NCBI GenBank assembly: GCA_028282585.1
Contig: JANQHR010000010.1
Location: 1-35,106 of the forward strand
Direction: 5' to 3'
DNA from: Bacteroidales bacterium
GTDB taxonomy: Bacteria; Bacteroidota; Bacteroidia; Bacteroidales; UBA12077
DNA length: 35,106 nt
Under the pieces are notes generated by a model that was not told the DNA's origin, did not search any database, and saw nothing but the letters and a program-made list of their open reading frames with translations. The position numbers were made by a program, and so were the translations under genes. Below are positions 1 to 12,066 of the stretch, one piece after another (position 1 is the stretch's first letter; each line of letters starts with the position of its first letter).

Positions 1-481
1 TAAGAATCTCCTTCCCCATTGAGTGGTATCCTAATTTATTATCCATATTATGAATCTGGTTTGGCCAAAAGGTATCCGGTTCATTAATTAACTCTTTGGT
101 TCTTTCAATCATATTATCAATAACTTTAGCTGTTAATATACCATTTTCGGCATGAATTATTTCTACTGTTGCACCAAAAGCACGCATTGTTTGTAATTTT
201 TCTTCTGAAAATCCATTAGACGAAACAAAATATGCTTTGTAACCTTTTGTTGCACACACCATTGCTAAGGAGCTTCCTGTGCTTCCTCCTGTATATTCTA
301 CAACTTTACCACCGGTCTTTAGCTCTCCTCTTTTCTCAGCACCTTCGATCATGGATAATGCCATCCGGTCTTTCATACTTCCGGTTGCATTAGCACCTTC
401 AAATTTCACATATATGTCAGCACTGTTTTTATCAGTTAATCTTTTTAATTTAATCAATGGTGTATTTCCTATTAAACTCAT
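1..481 (-). CDS. PLP-dependent cysteine synthase family protein (CysK/CysM-like), 3' end beyond window edge; missing from ORF track
   Basis: Manual translation from ATG at 481: MSLIGNTPLIKLKRLTDKNSADIYVKFEGANATGSMKDRMALSMIEGAEKRGELKTGGKVVEYTGGSTGSSLAMVCATKGY...; IGNTPL, GSxKDR (PLP lysine) and MRAFGA motifs of fold-type II PLP enzymes. Confidence 0.88.
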   Translation of the reverse strand, partial: MSLIGNTPLIKLKRLTDKNSADIYVKFEGANATGSMKDRMALSMIEGAEKRGELKTGGKVVEYTGGSTGSSLAMVCATKGYKAYFVSSNGFSEEKLQTMRAFGATVEIIHAENGILTAKVIDNMIERTKELINEPDTFWPNQIHNMDNKLGYHSMGKEIL

Positions 482-491
482 TATTCGATTA

Positions 492-707
492 TTATTTATT
501 AACAGTATTTAATTTATATAAATGATAAACATGTATGATTCCAAACAAAATAGCCCCGGCAGCAACCGGGTTTGCTTTGGTTATAATTCCATATGTTAAA
601 TAGAACATACAAGAAATCAAATGAATCCATCTAAGCGTCCGTATATTAGTACTCATCATTGCAATAAGAGCCAAACAAAGAGCAATATATCCAATTATAT
701 CAACCAT
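492..707 (-). CDS. Small inner-membrane protein, YgjV-like (about 3 TM helices, 71 aa)
   Basis: MVDIIGYIALCLALIAMMSTNIRTLRWIHLISCMFYLTYGII...; hydrophobic; ATG at 707 overlaps the MarR stop (ATGGTTGA), so it is preferred over the longer track start. Confidence 0.65.
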   Translation of the reverse strand: MVDIIGYIALCLALIAMMSTNIRTLRWIHLISCMFYLTYGIITKANPVAAGAILFGIIHVYHLYKLNTVNK

Positions 708-1185
708 CTTTAAGGTTTTCCAGAGCCCGGTCTTTGAAGCTTTTGGCTTGTATTTGATTTTCAAATTTCTCAAGGTTAACAAAAAATTCCATATTTTCTG
801 CTAATATTTGCTGTATGGATTTTTGACCTGCATCCCAGATTTTTTCAAATTTTGGCAGCTCCCTTTTGGCTTTATCCGAAAGTGTTATTAGTTTTTTTCT
901 GCTATCTTTTTCTGAAATTGAAGTTTCTATATATCCTTTCTTTTTCATCCTGGATATCATTTTTGTCATAGCAGGTTGAGAAAAGTTAAGTGAAGCTGCA
1001 ATTTCAGTTAATGACACTTCCTTTTCTTTTTTAAGAAGTAAAAAAACCAAATGCCAGCTTGGTTCTATGTCCATACACTGAGTTTTATATAAATCTTTAA
1101 TACTATAAGATAATGTATCACTTAATCTTTTCAGCCGGGCAGTTATACCCAGAAATTCAAGTTCATTTAAAAAGTCATTTTTCAT
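700..1185 (-). CDS. MarR family winged-helix transcriptional regulator
   Basis: 161 aa; SLTEIAASLNFSQPAMTKMISRMKKKGYI HTH and DSRKKLITLS wing (DxR). Confidence 0.9.
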   Translation of the reverse strand: MKNDFLNELEFLGITARLKRLSDTLSYSIKDLYKTQCMDIEPSWHLVFLLLKKEKEVSLTEIAASLNFSQPAMTKMISRMKKKGYIETSISEKDSRKKLITLSDKAKRELPKFEKIWDAGQKSIQQILAENMEFFVNLEKFENQIQAKSFKDRALENLKDG

Positions 1186-1193
1186 TGAAATTT

Positions 1194-1241
1194 ACTTAAC
1201 TAGTTATGCAAATATATTAAATTTTACTTAACCAGTTAAGT
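1194..1241. promoter_or_regulatory. Two palindromic operator-like sites flanking the -7 promoter element of the MarR operon
   Basis: ACTTAAC-TA-GTTATGC (1194-1209) and perfect-arm ACTTAAC-CA-GTTAAGT (1226-1241); TATATTTG on minus strand at 1209-1216 matches TAnnTTTG. Confidence 0.7.
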
Positions 1242-1260
1242 TTATGTTGGGATTTTTATA

Positions 1261-1302
1261 AAAAAAAGCGAATCAATCCCGATAGCTATCGGGAGATTCG
1301 CT
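1261..1302 (-). terminator. Intrinsic terminator of the rpoBC-DUF3467 transcript
   Basis: GCGAATC/GATTCGC stem enclosing an 18-bp palindrome, followed by a long T run on the minus strand. Confidence 0.8.
1277..1294. repeat. 18-bp perfect palindrome TCCCGATAGCTATCGGGA (dispersed mini-repeat)
   Basis: Self-complementary; related copies at 19900-19917 and 30489-30506. Confidence 0.75.
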
Positions 1303-1323
1303 CTCCTTCTATTATAAATTATC

Positions 1324-1647
1324 TTAAGCTTGCGCGGTTGGTCCACCAAAATTCATTGGCATCATCTGACCACCACCTTCTGATTTTTTAATTGGACCAT
1401 GCATTTTTTCGTATTTTTCAACATTATCTTGTAATGCATTTAAAAAACGCTTTGCATGCTCTGGTGTAAGTATAATACGTGATTTAACCTCTGCCTTAGG
1501 AACACCTGGCATAACTCTAACAAAATCTAGAACAAATTCAGCACTTGAATGAGTTATTACTGCTAAATTTGAGTAAATACCCTGAGCAATATCCTCTTTC
1601 AAATCAATATTAATTTGACCTTTCATTTGTTTTTTTTCGTCTTCCAT
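1324..1647 (-). CDS. DUF3467 domain-containing protein
   Basis: GIYSNLAVITHSSAEFVLDF...SRIILTPEHAKR motif; usual position after rpoC in Bacteroidota. Confidence 0.85.
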   Translation of the reverse strand: MEDEKKQMKGQINIDLKEDIAQGIYSNLAVITHSSAEFVLDFVRVMPGVPKAEVKSRIILTPEHAKRFLNALQDNVEKYEKMHGPIKKSEGGGQMMPMNFGGPTAQA

Positions 1648-1658
1648 AATGTTTATTT

Positions 1659-4600
1659 TTAATCTCTATCCTTTGCAGACATCAAGTTATCATATTCCTC
1701 ACGAGAACCAACAATTAACTTGTCATATTCACGTAAACCGGTTCCAGCAGGTATTTTATGTCCAACAATTACATTTTCTTTCAATCCTTCTAACCCATCT
1801 ACCTTACCATGAATTGCCGCTTCGTTCAGAACTTTTGTAGTTTCCTGGAACGATGCTGCAGACATGAAACTCTTAGTTTGAAGAGCTGCTTTTGTTATAC
1901 CTTGTAACACCTGGCTCGATGTAGCAGGCACTGCATCTCTTGCTTCTATCCGTTTTAAATCTTTACGTTTTAAGATTGAATTTTCATCTCTCAGTTTTCT
2001 TGCAGTAACAATTTGTCCTGCTCTGAAAGCTTCGGAATCTCCCGGATCAACTATTACCTTCTTATCGTAAATCCAATCATTTTCATCCATAAATTCCCAT
2101 TTATCAACTACTTGTTTTTCAAGGAACTTAGTATCTCCCGGATCTTCAATAATAACTTTACGCATCATCTGTCGAACGATAACCTCAAAGTGTTTATCAT
2201 TAATTTTCACACCTTGCAAACGATATACTTCCTGAACTTCGTTAACAATATATTCTTGTACCTTTGTTGGACCCTTAATCGCTAGAATATCTGAAGGAGT
2301 AATTGCACCATCCGATAATGGAATACCAGCTCTCACATAATCATTCTCCTGAACAAGAATTTGTTTAGAAAGTGGCACTAAGTATTTCTTAACTTCGCCA
2401 GTTTTTGATGTAATGATAATTTCTCTATTACCACGCTTGATCTTACCAAATGCAACCTCACCATCAATCTCCGAAACTACTGCAGGATTTGAAGGGTTTC
2501 TTGCTTCAAACAATTCAGTAACTCTTGGCAGACCACCGGTAATATCACCAGATTTACCAACTGCTCTAGGAATTTTAGCTAAAATCTCCCCAGTTTTAAC
2601 TTCCTGTCCATCTTCAATATTCATATGAGCTCCAACCGGTAAGTTATATGTCTTTATTATTTCACCGTCGGCTCCTACTAACTTAGCGGATGGATTTTTC
2701 TTCTTATCTCTGGTTTCTATTATTACTTTTTCCCTGAATCCTGTTTGCTCATCAGATTCCTCCTTATAAGTAACACCATCAAGTACATTCTCAAAAATTA
2801 ATCTACCAGTTGCTTCTGAGATAATTAATGCGTTGTATGGATCCCATTCACAAACAACAGTATCTTTTTTAACCTCATCTCCCGGTTTTACGTATAATCT
2901 TGATCCATATGGAATAGTATGTGTAGAAAGTGAAATACCTGTATTTTTATCAACAATACGCATCTCTGCTAATCGACCAATTACGATACTAACTTTACTA
3001 CCATCATCCTCAACTTTTTCAACAGTACGTAATTCATCTATTTCAATAACACCATCATATTTCACAATTACACTTGAATCTGCTGCAATATTAGATGCAG
3101 TACCCCCAACGTGAAAAGTTCTTAATGTTAACTGTGTACCAGGCTCACCGATCGACTGAGCTGCAATAACACCAACAGACTCTCCCTTTTGAACCATCTT
3201 ACCTGTTGCCAGGTTTCTACCATAACATTTAGTACAAACTCCAACTTTAGATTCACATGTCAATACTGAACGTATTTCAACTTGTTCGATTGGAGAATTT
3301 TCAATCTTTCTAGCAATTTCTTCAGATATTTCCTCACCAGTACCAATAATTAATTCTCCAGTTAACGGATGATAAACATCGTGAACAGTGGTACGCCCTA
3401 ATATCCTTTCAAATAATGTTTCAACAATCTCCTCATTTTTCTTAATTGCAGTTGCAACAAGACCTCTTAATGTTCCGCAATCTTCTTCCTGGATGATAAC
3501 ATCTTGTGACACATCAACCAAACGACGCGTTAAGTAACCCGCATCGGCTGTTTTAAGTGCTGTATCAGCCAGACCTTTACGTGCACCGTGGGTCGAAATA
3601 AAGTACTCCAGTACTGATAATCCTTCCTTAAAGTTCGAAAGAATTGGGTTTTCAATAATCTCTGAACCTGTGGTTCCTGATTTTTGGGGTTTTGCCATCA
3701 ATCCTCTCATACCTGAAAGCTGACGAATCTGTTCTTTCGATCCTCTTGCTCCAGAATCTAACATCATATATACAGAATTGAATCCCTGGTTATCAGTAGA
3801 TAACTTTTTCATTAAAGTTTGGGTCAACCTTGCATTAATATGTGTCCAAATATCAATAATCTGGTTATAACGCTCATTGTTAGTAATGAAACCCATGTTA
3901 TAATTATTCAAAACTTCCTCAACCTGAGCATAACCGTCATTTACTAAGTCTTCTTTTTCCTTTGGAATAATAACATCATCAAGATTAAAAGATAATCCAC
4001 CCCTAAATGCCATTTGGTATCCAAGGTTTTTGATATCATCCAAGAATTTAGAAGTAACATCAGTACCTGTTTTCTTTAATACAGTACCGATAATATCTCT
4101 TAATGATTTTTTAGTTAACAACTGATTGATAAATCCGGCTGCGTCTGGCACATATTCGTTAAATATAACGCGGCCCACAGTTGTTTCAATCATTTGATTA
4201 ACAGGCTTACCATCAACTACATCATTCACTTTTACCTTGATACTCGCGTGCAATTGAACTGCTCCTTCATTATAAGCAATTGTAACCTCCTCAGGTGAAT
4301 AGAAAGTTAATCCTTCACCTTTTACACCATCTCTTTGTTTAGTAATATAATATAATCCAAGAACCATATCCTGAGACGGAACAGCAATTGGAGCACCATT
4401 AGCCGGATTCAAAATATTGTGCGCAGCAAGCATCAACATTTGTGCTTCTAAAATTGCAGCATTACCTAAAGGTAAGTGAACAGCCATCTGATCACCGTCA
4501 AAGTCAGCGTTAAATGCTGTACAAACAAGTGGGTGTAACTGAATAGCCTTACCCTCAATTAATTTTGGCTGGAACGACTGGATACCTAAGCGGTGCAATG

Positions 4601-5918
4601 TTGGAGCACGGTTAAGTAAAACCGGATGTCCTTTCAGAACGTTTTCAAGAATATCCCAAACTACAGGATCTTTTCTATCAACAATCTTCTTAGCAGATTT
4701 AACTGTTTTTACAATACCTCTTTCAATTAACTTTCTAATGATAAAAGGTTTGTAGAGCTCTGCTGCCATATCTTTAGGTAAACCACACTCATGTAACTTT
4801 AATTCAGGTCCAACAACAATTACCGAACGTGCAGAGTAATCAACACGCTTACCAAGAAGGTTTTGACGGAATCGTCCTTGTTTACCCTTTAAACTATCAC
4901 TTAACGATTTTAAGGCTCTGTTTGAATCTGTTTTAACAGCATTCGATTTTCTTGAATTATCGAATAATGAATCAACAGCCTCCTGTAACATACGTTTTTC
5001 ATTACGCAAGATTACTTCGGGTGCCTTAATCTCTATTAATCTCTTTAATCGGTTATTTCTAATAATAACTCTTCGATATAGGTCATTCAAGTCTGATGTT
5101 GCAAATCGCCCACCATCAAGCGGAACCAAGGGGCGTAATTCAGGCGGAATTACAGGCACTACCTTAACAACCATCCATTCAGGTCTGTTTATTCCTTTTG
5201 ATGCTCTAAACGCTTCAACAACCTGTAATCTTTTTAAAGCCTCATTTTTTCGTTGCTGAGAAGTTTCAGTATTCGCTTTATGACGAAGTGAATATGATAA
5301 ATCATCCAAATCAATTCTTTCTAACAGCTTATAAAGAGCTTCAGCTCCCATATCTGCTATGAATTTATTAGGATCAGAATCATCTAAATATTGATTTTCT
5401 TTCGGTAATGTCTCTAAAATATCAAGATATTCTTCTTCAGTTAAAAAGTCTAAATACTTTATACCATCTTCAGCTTTAATACCTGGATTTATAACAACAT
5501 ACCTTTCATAGTAAATAATTGAATCAAGCTTTTTGGTTGGTAAACCCAAAAGATATCCAATTTTATTCGGTAATGATTTAAAATACCAAATATGTGCAAC
5601 CGGCACTACCAAAGAAATATGTCCCATTCTTTCGCGGCGAACTTTTTTCTCAGTTACTTCAACTCCACAACGGTCGCAAACGATACCTTTATATCTGATT
5701 CGCTTGTATTTACCACAATGACATTCATAATCTTTTACAGGACCAAAGATCCTTTCACAAAACAAACCATCACGTTCTGGCTTATATGTTCTGTAGTTTA
5801 TTGTCTCAGGTTTTAAAACCTCTCCGCTTGAACGTTCCAAAATTTCTTCCGGAGATGCTAAACCTATAGAGATTTTTGTAAAATTGCTCTTTACCTTATT
5901 ATCTCTTCTGAATGACAT
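1659..5918 (-). CDS. rpoC: DNA-directed RNA polymerase subunit beta'
   Basis: 1419 aa; catalytic NADFDGD, N-terminal zinc finger (CHCGKYK...CDRC), [13 protein letters not shown]. Confidence 0.99.
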   Translation of the reverse strand: MSFRRDNKVKSNFTKISIGLASPEEILERSSGEVLKPETINYRTYKPERDGLFCERIFGPVKDYECHCGKYKRIRYKGIVCDRCGVEVTEKKVRRERMGHISLVVPVAHIWYFKSLPNKIGYLLGLPTKKLDSIIYYERYVVINPGIKAEDGIKYLDFLTEEEYLDILETLPKENQYLDDSDPNKFIADMGAEALYKLLERIDLDDLSYSLRHKANTETSQQRKNEALKRLQVVEAFRASKGINRPEWMVVKVVPVIPPELRPLVPLDGGRFATSDLNDLYRRVIIRNNRLKRLIEIKAPEVILRNEKRMLQEAVDSLFDNSRKSNAVKTDSNRALKSLSDSLKGKQGRFRQNLLGKRVDYSARSVIVVGPELKLHECGLPKDMAAELYKPFIIRKLIERGIVKTVKSAKKIVDRKDPVVWDILENVLKGHPVLLNRAPTLHRLGIQSFQPKLIEGKAIQLHPLVCTAFNADFDGDQMAVHLPLGNAAILEAQMLMLAAHNILNPANGAPIAVPSQDMVLGLYYITKQRDGVKGEGLTFYSPEEVTIAYNEGAVQLHASIKVKVNDVVDGKPVNQMIETTVGRVIFNEYVPDAAGFINQLLTKKSLRDIIGTVLKKTGTDVTSKFLDDIKNLGYQMAFRGGLSFNLDDVIIPKEKEDLVNDGYAQVEEVLNNYNMGFITNNERYNQIIDIWTHINARLTQTLMKKLSTDNQGFNSVYMMLDSGARGSKEQIRQLSGMRGLMAKPQKSGTTGSEIIENPILSNFKEGLSVLEYFISTHGARKGLADTALKTADAGYLTRRLVDVSQDVIIQEEDCGTLRGLVATAIKKNEEIVETLFERILGRTTVHDVYHPLTGELIIGTGEEISEEIARKIENSPIEQVEIRSVLTCESKVGVCTKCYGRNLATGKMVQKGESVGVIAAQSIGEPGTQLTLRTFHVGGTASNIAADSSVIVKYDGVIEIDELRTVEKVEDDGSKVSIVIGRLAEMRIVDKNTGISLSTHTIPYGSRLYVKPGDEVKKDTVVCEWDPYNALIISEATGRLIFENVLDGVTYKEESDEQTGFREKVIIETRDKKKNPSAKLVGADGEIIKTYNLPVGAHMNIEDGQEVKTGEILAKIPRAVGKSGDITGGLPRVTELFEARNPSNPAVVSEIDGEVAFGKIKRGNREIIITSKTGEVKKYLVPLSKQILVQENDYVRAGIPLSDGAITPSDILAIKGPTKVQEYIVNEVQEVYRLQGVKINDKHFEVIVRQMMRKVIIEDPGDTKFLEKQVVDKWEFMDENDWIYDKKVIVDPGDSEAFRAGQIVTARKLRDENSILKRKDLKRIEARDAVPATSSQVLQGITKAALQTKSFMSAASFQETTKVLNEAAIHGKVDGLEGLKENVIVGHKIPAGTGLREYDKLIVGSREEYDNLMSAKDRD

Positions 5919-5960
5919 ATTGATGTATATTAAATATGTAAATAAAAAATTAAATCGTAA

Positions 5961-5988
5961 AGGATATTGGGTTTTAGCCCAACATCCT
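5961..5988 (-). other. Stem-loop between rpoB and rpoC
   Basis: AGGATGTTGGG / CCCAATATCCT 11-bp stem (one G-U) on minus strand, weak U tract. Confidence 0.55.
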
Positions 5989-5997
5989 GCATATAAG

Positions 5998-8900
5998 TTA
6001 GTCGAGATTCACACTTAATCCTAACCCTCTTAATTCGTGTAGTAACACGTTAAGTGATTCAGGTATACCAGGCATTGGCATTGGCTCTCCTTTAACTATT
6101 GCTTCATAAGCCCTGGCCCTACCATTAACATCATCAGATTTAACAGTAAGAATCTCCTGAAGAATATTAGATGCACCAAATGCTTCGAGCGCCCAAACCT
6201 CCATCTCACCAAAACGTTGACCACCAAATTGAGCTTTACCTCCTAATGGTTGCTGAGTAATTAATGAGTAAGGACCAATTGAACGAGCGTGCATTTTATC
6301 TTCTACCATATGTCCTAGTTTAAGCATGTAGATAACACCTACGGTTGCTGGTTGGTGGAATTTCTCTCCCGTACCACCATCATATAAATATGACTTACCA
6401 AATGCTGGCACTCCTGCTTTATCCGTATATTCTGTAATTTGTTCAAGAGCTGCACCGTCGAAAATCGGAGTAGCAAATTTAACTCCTAACTTTTTACCTG
6501 CCCAACCAAGAACAGATTCATAAATCTGACCTAAGTTCATCCTTGAAGGTACACCTAGTGGATTAAGTACAATATCAACAGGTGTTCCATCTTCTAAGAA
6601 TGGCATATCTTCGGCACGAACAATTTTAGCAACAATACCTTTGTTACCATGTCGACCCGCCATTTTATCCCCAACAGTAACCTTACGTTTTTTAGCAATA
6701 TATACTTTTGCCATTTGTATTATACCAGTTGGAAGCTCATCTCCAATTGTTACATTATATTTTTTACGTTTTAACTGAGCATCAATCTCTTTACGTTTAA
6801 TTATATAGTTGTGCAACAATTTCTTGATGATATCATTCTTAGATTTATCTGTTGTCCACTTGTTTGGATTTATATTCAGGTAATCAATTTCCTGAAGCAT
6901 CTTAACCGTAAACTTAGTACCTTTTGGAATTACATCAACATTATAGTAATCTTTAACGCCTTGTGATGTTTTACCATTAACAAGAATAAATAATTTATCA
7001 ATTAATTTTTGAGTTAACTGATCAATTTTAAGGTCAAATTCTTTATCTATAGCTTCTAATTCGATCTTATCGGTGTTCTTAGACTTCTTGTCTTTTAGTG
7101 CTCTTGAAAATAACTTTTTATCTATTACAACTCCACTTAACGATGGAGAAGCTTTTAATGAAGCGTCTTTCACATCACCTGCCTTATCACCGAAGATAGC
7201 TCTTAAAAGCTTTTCTTCCGGTGAAGGATCTGACTCACCTTTTGGTGTAATCTTACCGATTAATATATCACCAGGTTTTACATGAGCTCCAATTCTGATT
7301 AATCCATTTTCGTCAAGATCCTTAGTCGCTTCTTCACTAACGTTTGGAATATCAGCTGTTAATTCTTCTAAACCTCTCTTTGTATCTCTAACCTCGAGAA
7401 GGTATTCATCTATATGAATAGATGTAAATACATCATTTTTAACTACATTCTCAGAAATTACGATAGCATCCTCAAAGTTATAACCTTTCCAAGGCATGAA
7501 CGCCACTTTCAGGTTACGTCCTAATGCTAATTCACCTTTTTCAGTTCCATAACCCTCTGATAAAATCTGGCCATTTACAACCTGTTGCCCCTTCTTAACA
7601 ATTGGTTTTAAATTAATGCAAGTATTCTGATTAGTTTTTGCAAATTTTGGAAGTCTGTAACGTTTAATATCATCGTCGAAACTAATAAATTTCTCCTCTT
7701 CCGTTCTATCATATCTTATAACAATCTCTTCAGCATCAACATATTCAACTACACCTGTTCCTTCTGCAACAACTTGAATTCTTGCATCACTGATAACATG
7801 TTCTTCCAAACCAGTTCCTACAATTGGAGCCTGAGGCTGCAATAATGGAACTGCCTGACGCATCATGTTAGACCCCATCAATGCTCGGTTAGCATCATCA
7901 TGCTCTAAGAAAGGTATTAACGATGCTGCAATTGACGCAATCTGATTAGGTGCAACGTCCATTAACTGAACCTCATCAGGAGTTGCTAAAGGATAATCTG
8001 CATCTAATCTTGTTTTTACTCTTTGGTTTATGAATTTTCCTTCTTCATCAATCGGTGCATTAGCTTGAGCGATGATGATCCCTTCTTCTTCTTCAGCGCT
8101 TAAAAAAGTTACAGCTTCTTCATTTAAACCAACTTTCCCATCATCAACTTTTCTATACGGAGTTTCAATGAAACCAAGTTTATTTATTTTAGCAAATACA
8201 CATAATGACGAAATAAGACCGATATTTGGACCTTCAGGAGTTTCAATCGGACATAATCTACCATAGTGTGTATAGTGAACGTCTCGAACTTCGAAACCAG
8301 CTCTTTCGCGAGATAAACCACCTGGACCTAATGCTGACATACGACGTTTGTGTGTCATTTCACCCAATGGATTGGTTTGATCCATGAATTGTGATAACTG
8401 GTTTGTACCAAAGAATGAATTAATTACAGATGATAATGTTTTAGAATTAATCAAATCGATCGGAGTAAACACTTCGTTATCTCTAACATTCATACGTTCA
8501 CGTATTGTTCTAGCCATACGAGCTAAACCTACACCAAATTGATTTGATAATTGTTCACCAACAGTTCTAACACGGCGGTTACTTAAATGATCAATATCAT
8601 CAACATCAGTTTTTGAGTTAATTAACTCAATCAAGTATTTTATAATTTGAATAATATCATCCTTAGTAAGAACCTTGGTGTCCATATCTGTTTCAAGGCT
8701 AAGTTTTTTATTTAACCTGTAACGACCTACATCACCAAGATCATATCTTTTATCTGAGAAGAATAACTTATCAATTACATCCCTTGCTGTTGCCTCATCT
8801 GGTGGCTCAGAGTTACGTAACTGTCTGTAAATATGCAATACTGCTTCTTTTTCTGAGTTACAAGGATCCTTTTGCAATGTATTGTAAATAATTGCAAAAT

Positions 8901-9810
8901 CAGATAAGTTTTGATCTTCTTTATGAAGTAATATTGTTTTCGTTCCAGAATCCACAATCTGTTCAACATGATCGTTTTCTATTACAGTTTCACGATCTAT
9001 AATTACTTCATTTCTTTCAATAGAAACCACCTCTCCTGTATCTTCATCAACGAAATCTTCTACCCATGATTTAAGAACACGTGCAGCAAGTTTTCGTCCT
9101 ACATATTTTTTCAATCCTGACTTAGACACTTTAACTTCATCTGCCAGGTTAAAAATCTCTAGAATATCTTTATCACTCTCGTACCCAATTGCCCTTAAAA
9201 GTGTGGTTACTGGTAATTTCTTTTTACGGTCGATGTAAGCATACATAACACTGTTAATGTCCGTTGCAAATTCGATCCATGAACCACGGAAAGGAATTAT
9301 TCTTGCCGAATATAACTTAGTTCCATTGGCATGTAGGCTCTGACCAAAGAAAACACCTGGAGATCTATGTAACTGAGAAACAATAACTCTCTCAGCACCA
9401 TTGATAACAAATGTTCCTCTTTCTGTCATATATGGAACTGTTCCAAGATATACATCTTGGATAACTGTATCAAAATCCTCATGTTCAGGATCTGTACAAT
9501 ACAGTTTAAGTTTCGCTTTTAATGGTACACTAAATGTCAAACCTCTTTCAATACATTCCTCTATTGAATATCTTGGCGGATCAATATAATAATCAAGAAA
9601 CTCTAATACGAAATTATTTCTTGTATCGGTAATAGGGAAATTTTCACTAAATACCTGATATAATCCTTCATCTTTGCGCTCTTCGGCGGTAGAATTCTGT
9701 TGAAAAAAATCTTGAAAAGATTTTAACTGTACTTCAAGAAAATCAGGATAATCTAACTGATTTTTTGCTGAAGCGAAACTAATTCTTTTATTTAATATAT
9801 TTGAAGCCAT
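5998..9810 (-). CDS. rpoB: DNA-directed RNA polymerase subunit beta
   Basis: 1270 aa; [41 protein letters not shown]. Confidence 0.99.
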   Translation of the reverse strand: MASNILNKRISFASAKNQLDYPDFLEVQLKSFQDFFQQNSTAEERKDEGLYQVFSENFPITDTRNNFVLEFLDYYIDPPRYSIEECIERGLTFSVPLKAKLKLYCTDPEHEDFDTVIQDVYLGTVPYMTERGTFVINGAERVIVSQLHRSPGVFFGQSLHANGTKLYSARIIPFRGSWIEFATDINSVMYAYIDRKKKLPVTTLLRAIGYESDKDILEIFNLADEVKVSKSGLKKYVGRKLAARVLKSWVEDFVDEDTGEVVSIERNEVIIDRETVIENDHVEQIVDSGTKTILLHKEDQNLSDFAIIYNTLQKDPCNSEKEAVLHIYRQLRNSEPPDEATARDVIDKLFFSDKRYDLGDVGRYRLNKKLSLETDMDTKVLTKDDIIQIIKYLIELINSKTDVDDIDHLSNRRVRTVGEQLSNQFGVGLARMARTIRERMNVRDNEVFTPIDLINSKTLSSVINSFFGTNQLSQFMDQTNPLGEMTHKRRMSALGPGGLSRERAGFEVRDVHYTHYGRLCPIETPEGPNIGLISSLCVFAKINKLGFIETPYRKVDDGKVGLNEEAVTFLSAEEEEGIIIAQANAPIDEEGKFINQRVKTRLDADYPLATPDEVQLMDVAPNQIASIAASLIPFLEHDDANRALMGSNMMRQAVPLLQPQAPIVGTGLEEHVISDARIQVVAEGTGVVEYVDAEEIVIRYDRTEEEKFISFDDDIKRYRLPKFAKTNQNTCINLKPIVKKGQQVVNGQILSEGYGTEKGELALGRNLKVAFMPWKGYNFEDAIVISENVVKNDVFTSIHIDEYLLEVRDTKRGLEELTADIPNVSEEATKDLDENGLIRIGAHVKPGDILIGKITPKGESDPSPEEKLLRAIFGDKAGDVKDASLKASPSLSGVVIDKKLFSRALKDKKSKNTDKIELEAIDKEFDLKIDQLTQKLIDKLFILVNGKTSQGVKDYYNVDVIPKGTKFTVKMLQEIDYLNINPNKWTTDKSKNDIIKKLLHNYIIKRKEIDAQLKRKKYNVTIGDELPTGIIQMAKVYIAKKRKVTVGDKMAGRHGNKGIVAKIVRAEDMPFLEDGTPVDIVLNPLGVPSRMNLGQIYESVLGWAGKKLGVKFATPIFDGAALEQITEYTDKAGVPAFGKSYLYDGGTGEKFHQPATVGVIYMLKLGHMVEDKMHARSIGPYSLITQQPLGGKAQFGGQRFGEMEVWALEAFGASNILQEILTVKSDDVNGRARAYEAIVKGEPMPMPGIPESLNVLLHELRGLGLSVNLD

Positions 9811-9849
9811 TGACTTTTTGATTAATTGAACTCAAACACTTAAGATAAT

Positions 9850-9886
9850 AAAAAGGCTTAGAATCTCATTTTCGAGACTCTAAACC
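9850..9886 (-). terminator. Terminator/attenuator between rplL and rpoB
   Basis: GGTTTAGAGTCTC-GAAAAT-GAGATTCTAAGCC stem followed by TTTTT on minus strand. Confidence 0.75.
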
Positions 9887-9912
9887 CAGTAAGTTAGTAT
9901 GTTAGGTCAATC

Positions 9913-10290
9913 CTATTTAAGTTCAACTTCTGCTCCTGCTTCTTCTAATTGTTGTTTAAGTGAGTCAGCTTCTTCTTTTGATACACCTTCTTTAATTGCT
10001 TTAGGTGCAGCATCAACTACTTCCTTAGCCTCTTTTAATCCCAAACCAGTTAATTCTTTAACTAATTTTACAATTTGTAATTTAGCTCCTCCTGGTGATT
10101 TTAAGATCACATCGAATTCAGTTTTTTCAGCCTCTCCACCAGCTTCTCCACCACCTGCAGGACCAGCAACAGCTACAGCTGCAGCTGCAGGTTCAATACC
10201 ATATTCCTCTTTTAATATGTCTGCTAATTCATTAACCTCTTTTACAGTTAAATTAACCAATTGTTCTGCAAACGCTTTTAAATCTGCCAT
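9913..10290 (-). CDS. rplL: 50S ribosomal protein bL12 (L7/L12)
   Basis: [33 protein letters not shown]. Confidence 0.98.
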   Translation of the reverse strand: MADLKAFAEQLVNLTVKEVNELADILKEEYGIEPAAAAVAVAGPAGGGEAGGEAEKTEFDVILKSPGGAKLQIVKLVKELTGLGLKEAKEVVDAAPKAIKEGVSKEEADSLKQQLEEAGAEVELK

Positions 10291-10333
10291 TTTTTTTTAT
10301 TTTTAAAAATTAACTTTAATTATTCTTTTTTAC

Positions 10334-10855
10334 TTATTCACTTCTTTCAGATAATGTTTTCACAACGCCTGAAAGGATATTTCCTCCTGATTGTAACTGA
10401 GACATAACAGTCTTAACTGGAGATTGTAATAATCCAATAAGATCGCCCAGTAATTCTTCTTTAGATTTAACATTTACTAAGTTCTCTAATTGATCATCGC
10501 CAATGTAAACAGACTCTTCAACAAAAGCCGCTTTAATTATTGGTTTATCAAATTTCTGACGAAATTCTTTGATCATTTTAGCTGGAGCATTTCCAGTTTC
10601 AGTAAACATTATCGCAGTAGAACCCTTTAAAACATCATATAATTCTTCAACATTTTGTTCTGACTTATCTAATGCTCTTTTAAGAAGGGTATTCTTAACA
10701 ACCATCATTTTGATCCTACTTTCGAAACATTTTCTACGCAGTAAGCTAGTTGTTTCTGCATCTAACTCACTTGCATCAGTAAGATAAAAATGTGGCGATT
10801 CTTTTAATTGATCAACTAGGTTGTTAACTATGATATCTTTCTCTTCACGTTTCAT
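10334..10855 (-). CDS. rplJ: 50S ribosomal protein uL10
   Basis: VVKNTLLKRA motif; position between rplA and rplL; ATG at 10855 preferred to TTG at 10861. Confidence 0.96.
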   Translation of the reverse strand: MKREEKDIIVNNLVDQLKESPHFYLTDASELDAETTSLLRRKCFESRIKMMVVKNTLLKRALDKSEQNVEELYDVLKGSTAIMFTETGNAPAKMIKEFRQKFDKPIIKAAFVEESVYIGDDQLENLVNVKSKEELLGDLIGLLQSPVKTVMSQLQSGGNILSGVVKTLSERSE

Positions 10856-10886
10856 AATCAATGTTTTTTACTCTTTATACTGGACC

Positions 10887-11576
10887 TTAAATAGATTTTG
10901 GATCTATTTTAATTCCCGGACTCATTGTGCTTGACATGTATACACTTTGAATATAAGTACCTTTTGCAGCTGCAGGTTTTAATTTATTAATCATACCCAC
11001 AAATTCTCTCACATTTTCCGCAATCTTATTTGACTCAAATGATACTTTGCCAATAGCAGAATGAATTATACCATATTTATCGACTTTAAAGTCGATTTTA
11101 CCCTTTTTAACTTCTTCAACTGCTTTTCCTACTTCCATAGTAACAGTTCCGGTTTTTGGGTTTGGCATTAATCCTCTCGGTCCCAGAATACGTCCTAGTT
11201 GTCCAACTTTAGCCATTACAGGAGGCATTGTGATGATTACATCAACATCTGTCCATCCCTTTTTAATCTTTTCAATATACTCGTCTAATCCAACGAAATC
11301 GGCTCCTGCGGCTTTAGCTTCTTCTTCCTTTTCAGGAGTACATAAAACTAACACTTTAAATGTTTTACCTGTACCATGAGGTAAAGTAACAACACCACGA
11401 ACCATTTGATTGGATTTTCTCGGATCAATTCCTAATCGCACATCAAGATCTACAGAAGCATCAAATTTAGTGGTTGTAATTTCTTTAACTAAACCTGCCG
11501 CTTCTTCTAAGGTATATTGCTTACCTATTTCAATCTTTTCCTGAGCAATTTTCTTATTTTTAGTAAGTTTTGTCAT
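10887..11576 (-). CDS. rplA: 50S ribosomal protein uL1
   Basis: [34 protein letters not shown]. Confidence 0.98.
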   Translation of the reverse strand: MTKLTKNKKIAQEKIEIGKQYTLEEAAGLVKEITTTKFDASVDLDVRLGIDPRKSNQMVRGVVTLPHGTGKTFKVLVLCTPEKEEEAKAAGADFVGLDEYIEKIKKGWTDVDVIITMPPVMAKVGQLGRILGPRGLMPNPKTGTVTMEVGKAVEEVKKGKIDFKVDKYGIIHSAIGKVSFESNKIAENVREFVGMINKLKPAAAKGTYIQSVYMSSTMSPGIKIDPKSI

Positions 11577-11599
11577 AACTTCTTTCGAGATATTATAGA

Positions 11600-12043
11600 T
11601 TATTTATTACCCGGGAATTCACCTTTTACAGTAATACCCATACTTCTGGCGGTTCCTGCAACCATCTTCATTGCTGATTCTACTTTGAAGGCATTCAAAT
11701 CTTTCATCTTATCTTCTGCAATCGTTCTTACCTGATCCCAAGTAACAGAAGCAACTTTTGCTCTATTAGGTTCAGATGACCCAGATTTGATTTTTGCCAC
11801 TTCTAGTAGCTGAACAGCAACAGGAGGCGTTTTCGTAACAAAATCGAAAGATTTGTCAGAATAAACAGTTATAATTACAGGAATTACTTTACCAGCTCTA
11901 TCCTGTGTTCTTGCATTAAACTGCTTACAAAACTCCATAATATTTACACCTTTAGCACCCAAAGCAGGTCCTACCGGTGGAGATGGATTAGCGGCGCCAC
12001 CCCGAATTTGCAATTTAATTAATCCAGCAACTTCTTTAGCCAT
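11600..12043 (-). CDS. rplK: 50S ribosomal protein uL11
   Basis: [20 protein letters not shown]. Confidence 0.98.
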   Translation of the reverse strand: MAKEVAGLIKLQIRGGAANPSPPVGPALGAKGVNIMEFCKQFNARTQDRAGKVIPVIITVYSDKSFDFVTKTPPVAVQLLEVAKIKSGSSEPNRAKVASVTWDQVRTIAEDKMKDLNAFKVESAMKMVAGTARSMGITVKGEFPGNK

Positions 12044-12066
12044 AATCTAATTTTGTTCTTAAAAAT

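Noticed and set aside
708-782. Longer N-terminus of the YgjV-like ORF, and likewise 32212-32256 of the nitroreductase
   Set aside because: The first overlaps marR by over 80 bp; the second starts in the -7 promoter box; internal ATGs fit better
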